From an uncultured Candidatus Saccharibacteria bacterium (lineage in GTDB: Bacteria; Patescibacteriota; WWE3; UBA101185; UBA10185), in the NCBI GenBank assembly GCA_964496905.1, contig CAZCAQ010000003.1:1701-65700 (forward strand): a DNA stretch of 64,000 nucleotides, in the 5' to 3' direction. Under the pieces are notes generated by a model, which was not told the origin of the DNA, searched no databases, and saw nothing but the letters and a program-made list of their open reading frames with translations. The translations under genes were made by a program, and so were the position numbers. Of this stretch, positions 58,467 to 64,000 are shown piece after piece; the stretch's first letter is position 1, and each line of letters opens with the position of its first letter.

Positions 58467-58811
58467 ATGAGAAAAACTTACTGCCAACAAAATAATAAGA
58501 CCACAACAACCATAAGATCTACTTGTCCAAAGAGTAAAGCAATTTTTGCGCTGTGTATGTGTGGTTTTATTGCAAGTCTTTTTTCGCAAGTTGTTGTTTC
58601 AAACCAATATGCGGTAAAAGGGGCTCAACTTGAAACATTACTCTCAAAACAAACAGTGCTAGAAAAAGATATTTATGCGCTTGAACTCAAAATTTCACAA
58701 CTTTCATCACTTTCATATGTTGAAGCGCAAGCTAAACGCCAAGGATTTACTCAAGCAGGCAGTGAAGTGGTTTACCTCCAAAATCCTTCGTTTGCACTTA
58801 ATCTTAGATGA
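58467..58811 (+). CDS. ftsL: Probable cell division protein FtsL
   Basis: Located between rsmH and the PBP; short cytoplasmic N-terminus, single TM, leucine-zipper coiled coil, VE..AK..GF. Confidence 0.65.
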   Translation: MRKTYCQQNNKTTTTIRSTCPKSKAIFALCMCGFIASLFSQVVVSNQYAVKGAQLETLLSKQTVLEKDIYALELKISQLSSLSYVEAQAKRQGFTQAGSEVVYLQNPSFALNLR

Positions 58812-60568
58812 GAAAAAAACAGGTTTCATATAACTTTGATCGTTCCGACGTAATTTTGGTCGCTTTTATTTTTTTTGCCTTTTTATTTATATATAGACTT
58901 TTTTCGCTCCAGGTACTTAATCACGATACTTATCAAGCAAAAGCTCAAAGTCAATATCAAAACCTTCAAACTATTCAAGCCACTCGTGGCAATATTTATT
59001 CCCGAGACGGATTTCCATTAGCTGCGAGCCAAAAAGCATATCTTTTATACTTTGAGCCAAAAAAGGTAGGAAGTGCCGAAAAAACAGCTGAAGCAACTTC
59101 TAAACTAATTTACCCAAATGATGAGAAAAAACGTATAGAGGCAAAAAATCGCTTTTTAGAGCTTTTAAAGCTTGATTTGTTTTGGGTTGCGGCTGAGCAT
59201 AATATTTTGCCAGAAACCAAACAAAGCCTAGAAAAACTAAAGCTTGCCGGTGTTGGCTTTGAAGACGAGCCCATACGCTTTTATCCCGAGAAATCATTGG
59301 CATCTCACGTTTTAGGGTATGTTGCTAAAAACGAAGCTGGTGAGATTCAAGGGTATTTTGGAATAGAAGGTTACTTTAACCGTGATTTGCAAGGGCGCCC
59401 AGGTCGAGTAATCCAAGAATACGACGCCGTCGGTAGCCCTATTTTGGTAGGAAAATATAAAAAAATCGATCCACTAAACGGCACAGACATAGTTTTAACT
59501 CTAGACCGTTCAGTTCAATATATTGTTGAAAAAAGTTTGGCAGAAGGTGTTAAAAAATATGATGCTCATGCTGGGACAATTATTGTAATGGATCCTTTAA
59601 GTGGTGAAATTTTGGCCATGGTCAATTTTCCAGCATTTGATCCTTCGGATTTTAATGACGAGGGAGATGATAAGCAGGAATTTAAACCTCAACGTATAAA
59701 CTTTGCAGTTTCCGAAACATACGAACCAGGTTCGGTAATTAAGCCCTTAACTGTTTCAACAGGCATTGACACAGGAGCTGTTACAAAAGACTCTCAATTT
59801 AACGATGCAGGGCCTGTGGAGTACTCTGGTTACACAATTGATAATTGGGATGGTAAGCATCATTCAACTCAAAATATGACTCAACTTTTGCAAAAATCTA
59901 ATAACATTGGATCTGCGTGGGTGGCGCATCAAGTTGGTGCTAAAAATCTGTTTGGCTATTTTGGCAATTTTGGTCTTGGTTCAGTTACTGGTGTTGAACT
60001 TGAGGGAGAAGACACGGGTTCATTAAAAAACCCTAAAAATCTTGCTGATATTGACTTGGCAACTTCTGGCTTTGGTCAAGGTATTTCTGCAACGCCTTTA
60101 CAAGTACTAAATGCTTTTAATGTGATTGCAAACGATGGCGTTTTACAAAAGCCACGAATTGTTAAGGAGATACGCGATAATGGTAGAACAATTCCCTTAA
60201 AATCCAAGCCAGTAAAAAGAGTTTTGTCCGAAAAAACTGCAAAAACAGTGGAGGCTATGCTTATTGACGCGGCAGCAGGAGGTGAAGCCAAGTTTTTTGT
60301 TTTAAAAAATTATAAAATAGCCGGAAAAACTGGAACCGCGCAAATTCCAAAAGACGGAAAATACGATCCAACCGAAACAAATGCAACTTTTGTTGGTTAT
60401 TTGCCTACAACCAAAAAGTTTTCAATGATAGTTCGCTTAAATAGACCCAAAACGAGCGTTTATGCTGCAGAAACAGCAGTTCCTTTATGGATGAGTGTTG
60501 CCGAAGATTTGATTCAGTACTATGGCATTATGCCTGATCTTTCAAACACAGGTGATAGCCAGTTGTGA
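58808..60568 (+). CDS. ftsI: Class B penicillin-binding protein (FtsI/PBP3-like)
   Basis: RGNIYSRDG, RFYP, GIEG; catalytic EPGSVIK (SxxK), KSNN (SxN) and GKTGTAQ motifs. Confidence 0.85.
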   Translation: MRKKQVSYNFDRSDVILVAFIFFAFLFIYRLFSLQVLNHDTYQAKAQSQYQNLQTIQATRGNIYSRDGFPLAASQKAYLLYFEPKKVGSAEKTAEATSKLIYPNDEKKRIEAKNRFLELLKLDLFWVAAEHNILPETKQSLEKLKLAGVGFEDEPIRFYPEKSLASHVLGYVAKNEAGEIQGYFGIEGYFNRDLQGRPGRVIQEYDAVGSPILVGKYKKIDPLNGTDIVLTLDRSVQYIVEKSLAEGVKKYDAHAGTIIVMDPLSGEILAMVNFPAFDPSDFNDEGDDKQEFKPQRINFAVSETYEPGSVIKPLTVSTGIDTGAVTKDSQFNDAGPVEYSGYTIDNWDGKHHSTQNMTQLLQKSNNIGSAWVAHQVGAKNLFGYFGNFGLGSVTGVELEGEDTGSLKNPKNLADIDLATSGFGQGISATPLQVLNAFNVIANDGVLQKPRIVKEIRDNGRTIPLKSKPVKRVLSEKTAKTVEAMLIDAAAGGEAKFFVLKNYKIAGKTGTAQIPKDGKYDPTETNATFVGYLPTTKKFSMIVRLNRPKTSVYAAETAVPLWMSVAEDLIQYYGIMPDLSNTGDSQL

Positions 60569-60580
60569 TAATATTTTATT

Positions 60581-61171
60581 ATGGATGCAGTTGAAAAAAA
60601 ATCTTTAAGAGATGAGCTTTTTAAAGAGCATCCGTCTACAAGTGGCCCTTTTCCAGTGGCGCATGCCCATTTAAGAGTATTTGGGATTTTAGCACCGTAT
60701 TTAATTTTGTCCTTTTTACCTTATTTTGGTTATTCAATGGTTGCTTTAGCTTTGGTGCCTATAGTTTCATTAATTAGACCAGTTGTTTCCACTTATCTTG
60801 GCAGTAGTATTTTTGAGTCTTTTGTTCAAATTAAAGTTGTAGATGCAAAGACCATGTCTAAACCAAAACTGGCAAAATTCATTTTGAGGGAAGTTTGGAT
60901 TTTGGGTTCAGTATTACTTTCTTTATTGTTAGGTGCCGGCTTTGTTTTTTTCGCATCGGTATTTTCTAAAGTCACTCATTCTCCCGAAGGCCTTAGTACT
61001 TTATATTTGCTTTGCGCAGCTACATTTTTGGCTTTGCCTTTTGTTTATATTTTGTTTGATAAAAACAATCAAACATTATTTGATAAGTTGTCTGGCGTGG
61101 TGGTTATATCTACAGCACCTCATTTTAAGGTTGACTACCCTGTAACTTTAGTTACCAATGACGTTGTATAA
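60581..61171 (+). CDS. RDD-family-like membrane protein
   Basis: IKVVD, ILRE, Q.LFDKLSGVVV; degenerate N-terminal RDD motif. Confidence 0.6.
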   Translation: MDAVEKKSLRDELFKEHPSTSGPFPVAHAHLRVFGILAPYLILSFLPYFGYSMVALALVPIVSLIRPVVSTYLGSSIFESFVQIKVVDAKTMSKPKLAKFILREVWILGSVLLSLLLGAGFVFFASVFSKVTHSPEGLSTLYLLCAATFLALPFVYILFDKNNQTLFDKLSGVVVISTAPHFKVDYPVTLVTNDVV

Positions 61172-61183
61172 CGAAATACCTTG

Positions 61184-61200
61184 TGTCTATTTAAAATAGA
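61184..61200 (+). promoter_or_regulatory. Palindromic motif TGTCTATTTAAAATAGA, copy 2
   Basis: Identical to copy 1; here the inverted repeat extends outward (TTGTGT...ACACAA). Confidence 0.55.
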
Positions 61201-61244
61201 ACACAAATTCTTGTGAGTTTTGCGTTTTTTGGTATTTTCTATGC

Positions 61245-61610
61245 ATGTTTACAAACATAAGCATTGGTAAATTTGGAGAACATGTAGCCCAACGCTATTA
61301 CGAACGCAAAGGATTTAAGCTTTTATACAAAAACTTTAGATTTAAAAATTACGAAATAGACCTTGTTTTTGCTGATAAATGTCGTTTAATATTTGTTGAG
61401 GTTAAAACACGGCGTTATTCGGGTTATACACAAGCTGAGCTTGTTTCCAACAAAAAACTTTCTTCTCTTAAAACAGCAATTTACTTGTATTTACAGCAAC
61501 ATGGACAAAATACTCTGGAAAATTGGGAACTTGACCTTTTTGCTCTAGATATAGAAAACAAGAATAAGCCTCGTCTTACTGTGTTGCCACTTCTTCAGGG
61601 GTTTGGGTAG
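61245..61610 (+). CDS. YraN family (UPF0102) putative endonuclease
   Basis: GKFGE..A, KNFR...EIDLV, LIFVEVKTR. Confidence 0.85.
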   Translation: MFTNISIGKFGEHVAQRYYERKGFKLLYKNFRFKNYEIDLVFADKCRLIFVEVKTRRYSGYTQAELVSNKKLSSLKTAIYLYLQQHGQNTLENWELDLFALDIENKNKPRLTVLPLLQGFG

Positions 61611-62601
61611 TTGGGACTGTCGCGGGTTGGGGTTCAACTCCTGCTAATGCATCTTTAAATCTTTGTTGAAAAGGCTCAAATGTATCATTAATTGGAGCAA
61701 GCACCCATGCTCCGCCATATTCCGACATTGGAGGAGTGAAAAGGTAATCATAATCTAGGTAGAGTGATGTTGCTTTGTACTTATCTTTATCCTTGTACAA
61801 ATCCCATAAATACACAACATCAGTTGGGTCAAGGTTTGTATCCATTCTAGAGTTCGTAGCGACTTTAAGCATTTCTTCTGGTTTCATATTTTTAAACATG
61901 CTTGAAGGTTGCGTAACAGCGGTTAGCATTCCTTTTAGTATTAAATGTTGGCGTTTCATTCGGCCCCAATCGCCGTTATCATTATCGCCCTTTCTACTAC
62001 GCGAAAAGATTAATGCCCGTTCTCCGGTTAAAGTCTCGGGACCTTGGTTAAAGCTAACTGTTTGGTATTCAAATGTTTCGTCAACAGGGTACTGCGAATC
62101 AGTAAAAGTGGTTTCAATATTCACTGGAACGCCTCCCATGGCATCAACGACCCATTTAAAATCTTGAAAATCGGTCAAAATGAATTTTTCTGGTTTAACC
62201 CCAGTTATTGCACTTAAACCTTCTTGAAGAGCTGGCCACCCGCTTTGAATGTATGTCGCGTTTATACGTCCGCCATCCCACCACAAATCCCTGGGTACTG
62301 AAGCCATAACAACCTGGTTAGTTTTTTTATTTAGTGCTACTACAATCATTATGTCGGTTCTAAAGCCCTCGGCTTTGCTTCTTCTATCCACGCCTAATAA
62401 GGCCACACTTACTATGTCACTTTTAGCAAAAGGCGAATTAGAAGATGTTGTGTCTGTTTCATCATTTTTTTCACCGTTTAAGGTATTTGGGAGTTTGCGT
62501 GTAATATCATTAGTTTGGTTCAAATTGGCATAAACATAGTAAATACCGCCAAAAATAGCAAAAAAACCTAAAAACGCCAAAATGTACTTAAAAAACCTCA
62601 T
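61576..62601 (-). CDS. LCP (LytR-CpsA-Psr) family glycopolymer phosphotransferase
   Basis: N-terminal TM, LLGVD, RTDIMI, SVPRD, RINA, VVDAMGGV, RSR, DWGRMKRQ. Confidence 0.92.
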   Translation of the reverse strand: MRFFKYILAFLGFFAIFGGIYYVYANLNQTNDITRKLPNTLNGEKNDETDTTSSNSPFAKSDIVSVALLGVDRRSKAEGFRTDIMIVVALNKKTNQVVMASVPRDLWWDGGRINATYIQSGWPALQEGLSAITGVKPEKFILTDFQDFKWVVDAMGGVPVNIETTFTDSQYPVDETFEYQTVSFNQGPETLTGERALIFSRSRKGDNDNGDWGRMKRQHLILKGMLTAVTQPSSMFKNMKPEEMLKVATNSRMDTNLDPTDVVYLWDLYKDKDKYKATSLYLDYDYLFTPPMSEYGGAWVLAPINDTFEPFQQRFKDALAGVEPQPATVPTTQTPEEVATQ

Positions 62602-62663
62602 AAAGGAATTTTATCTCAACATTGCATATTGCACTAGGTTTTTGATTTATGTATCATAAATAC

Positions 62664-63068
62664 ATGAGTAAAAATATTTTGGTAATAGAAGATGATATCC
62701 AGTTTTACACTTTATATGGTACTGAACTTCAAACCCGCGGTTATAAGGTTAGTAACGTATCAGACGGTTCTTTAGCTGTTCAGGCTATTAAAGATCAACA
62801 GCCTGATTTAGTACTTTTGGACTTAGTTTTGCCAGGACGCAATGGTCTAGACATTTTGCGTGAAATAAGGTCTCAGCAGGAATTTGAAAATCTTAAGGTA
62901 GTAATTCTCACAAACTATGGTGGTGAAGAAAATGTAAGCACCGCTCTTGAACTTGGCGCAACAGACTATGTAATGAAATATAAGATTGTTCCATCTGAGC
63001 TGGCTGATAAACTTGCTTCGCTTTTTGGTGATAGTGATAGTTCAGCCGTCAAAATGACTAATATGTAA
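62664..63068 (+). CDS. Single-domain response regulator receiver (CheY-like)
   Basis: ILVIEDD, LLDLVLP (phospho-Asp), ILTN, GATDYVMK. ATG 62664 follows TTGCAC-N17-TATCAT-N6. Confidence 0.9.
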   Translation: MSKNILVIEDDIQFYTLYGTELQTRGYKVSNVSDGSLAVQAIKDQQPDLVLLDLVLPGRNGLDILREIRSQQEFENLKVVILTNYGGEENVSTALELGATDYVMKYKIVPSELADKLASLFGDSDSSAVKMTNM

Positions 63069-63069
63069 A

Positions 63070-64000
63070 ATGGCCAGCTTTATCTGGATACTGCCCATAC
63101 TCGCCATTGTAATTGTTGCACTTGTTTTTGTAATTTTTCAGCAAAAAAACTCTAAAAATCTTAAAATTGCTCTTGAGAAAAAAGAGCAAGAATATAAGCA
63201 TCAGTCATACGAAAATTTACTTTTGGATTTAATTCATCAACGTTATGGTTATGTAATTGATATTAATAAGGTTTTGGATACTATATTGGATTCATTGTCG
63301 TCGGTAACTGGCTATACTGCTGTATCTTATCTTTTAATTACTCCTAAAAAAATGAGATTTAGGTTTCATATGCATGAACAAGTTTCAAAAGCCTATTTGG
63401 AGTTTATAAAAACACGGCTAATTTCAAATACACTGTCTGATTCAACGCTCCAAGTTCAAATGCACTTGGAAGAGACAGTTTCTGGAAACTTGATTAATGA
63501 CAATGTTACATCAAGACCTAATTCGTTTATTGATATTCCACTAGTATTAAATGATAAAGTTGAAGGTTTTGTGACCGTATCTTCTCAGCATGTAAATTTT
63601 TACAATTCGTACGATACAAGTCTAGTGAAAAAGTCAGTAAATAGAGTTTTAACTGAGGTTACAAGGTTAAAGGATTTAGTTGATACTGAAAAAACAAAGC
63701 TTGAGGTTATGGTCGATAAAATGGATTCAGGCGTACTACTTATTGATGAGGATTTCTCTATAGTTGCAATAAATACTACTTGTGTTGAGTTACTAAACCT
63801 AAAGAACAAAGAAGATACAACAATTTTTGAAATAGTAGGGTCTTTTGACCCAAAACTAGAGTTGGATCAAGCTTTAGCAGAAACTTTAAAAGGTGAAAAA
63901 CACAGAGAATTTAAGAATGTTAAGTTTAGAGATAAGTTCTTTGACATAAATATTATTCCTATAAAAAGCTCAATTACGCGCAAATCTTTGGGTATAGTTA
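63070..64000 (+). CDS. Membrane-anchored GAF + PAS sensor (probable histidine kinase), 3'-truncated by window edge; absent from the ORF track
   Basis: My translation is MASFIWILPILAIVIVALVFVIF (TM)...SFIDIPLVLNDKVEGFVTVSS (GAF)...EKTKLEVMVDKMDSGVLLID...IN (PAS). The frame stays open to the end of the window and adjoins the receiver gene. Confidence 0.8.
   Translation, partial: MASFIWILPILAIVIVALVFVIFQQKNSKNLKIALEKKEQEYKHQSYENLLLDLIHQRYGYVIDINKVLDTILDSLSSVTGYTAVSYLLITPKKMRFRFHMHEQVSKAYLEFIKTRLISNTLSDSTLQVQMHLEETVSGNLINDNVTSRPNSFIDIPLVLNDKVEGFVTVSSQHVNFYNSYDTSLVKKSVNRVLTEVTRLKDLVDTEKTKLEVMVDKMDSGVLLIDEDFSIVAINTTCVELLNLKNKEDTTIFEIVGSFDPKLELDQALAETLKGEKHREFKNVKFRDKFFDINIIPIKSSITRKSLGIV

Noticed and set aside
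2044-63809. Numerous 60-137 aa ORFs nested in or antisense to long genes (e.g. 2044, 21260, 42654, 45899, 49453, 61775, 63600)
   Set aside because: They overlap well-supported CDSs, carry no motifs and lack initiation signals, as expected for shadow ORFs.
1-64000. CRISPR array, tRNA/rRNA, transposase or integrase
   Set aside because: I saw no regularly spaced repeats, cloverleaf or rRNA-like segment, or recombinase ORF. Intergenic gaps are all under about 270 bp.
1-64000. Alternative genetic code (TGA = Gly, as in Gracilibacteria/Absconditabacteria)
   Set aside because: Full-length conserved genes end in TGA, often as ATGA overlaps (5731-5734, 9515-9518, 31783-31786), and ORFs are intact under code 11.

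Overview
This AT-rich bacterial window has gene content and promoter architecture typical of Patescibacteria/CPR, possibly WWE3 or Microgenomates; the taxonomy is inferred. It uses the standard genetic code, with TGA as a stop. About 46 kb (3805-50362) is one almost entirely co-oriented surface-glycosylation locus. By my count it holds 6 GT2, 9 GT4, about 9 multi-pass GT-C-type proteins, 2 Wzx flippases, GtrA and LPG-synthase-TM flippase domains, UDP-glucose dehydrogenase, a priming phosphoglycosyltransferase and DUF4012. It also holds an O-antigen-ligase::ArnT fusion and an embedded module of a ferredoxin, a B12-radical SAM enzyme and three methyltransferases. A single antisense HExxH orphan interrupts it. 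Downstream lie recO, a two-gene Y-family polymerase cassette with a TTCGG-N6-TTCGG operator inside its promoter, glyQS, a shortened Rel, two self-contained orphan genes, a short dcw cluster (mraZ-rsmH-ftsL-ftsI, no mur genes), RDD, YraN, LCP, a receiver protein and a truncated GAF/PAS sensor. Many genes appear leaderless. An identical 17-bp palindromic motif lies upstream of two unrelated genes. I saw no tRNA, rRNA, CRISPR array or transposase. All family calls come from reading motifs by eye; no database search was run.
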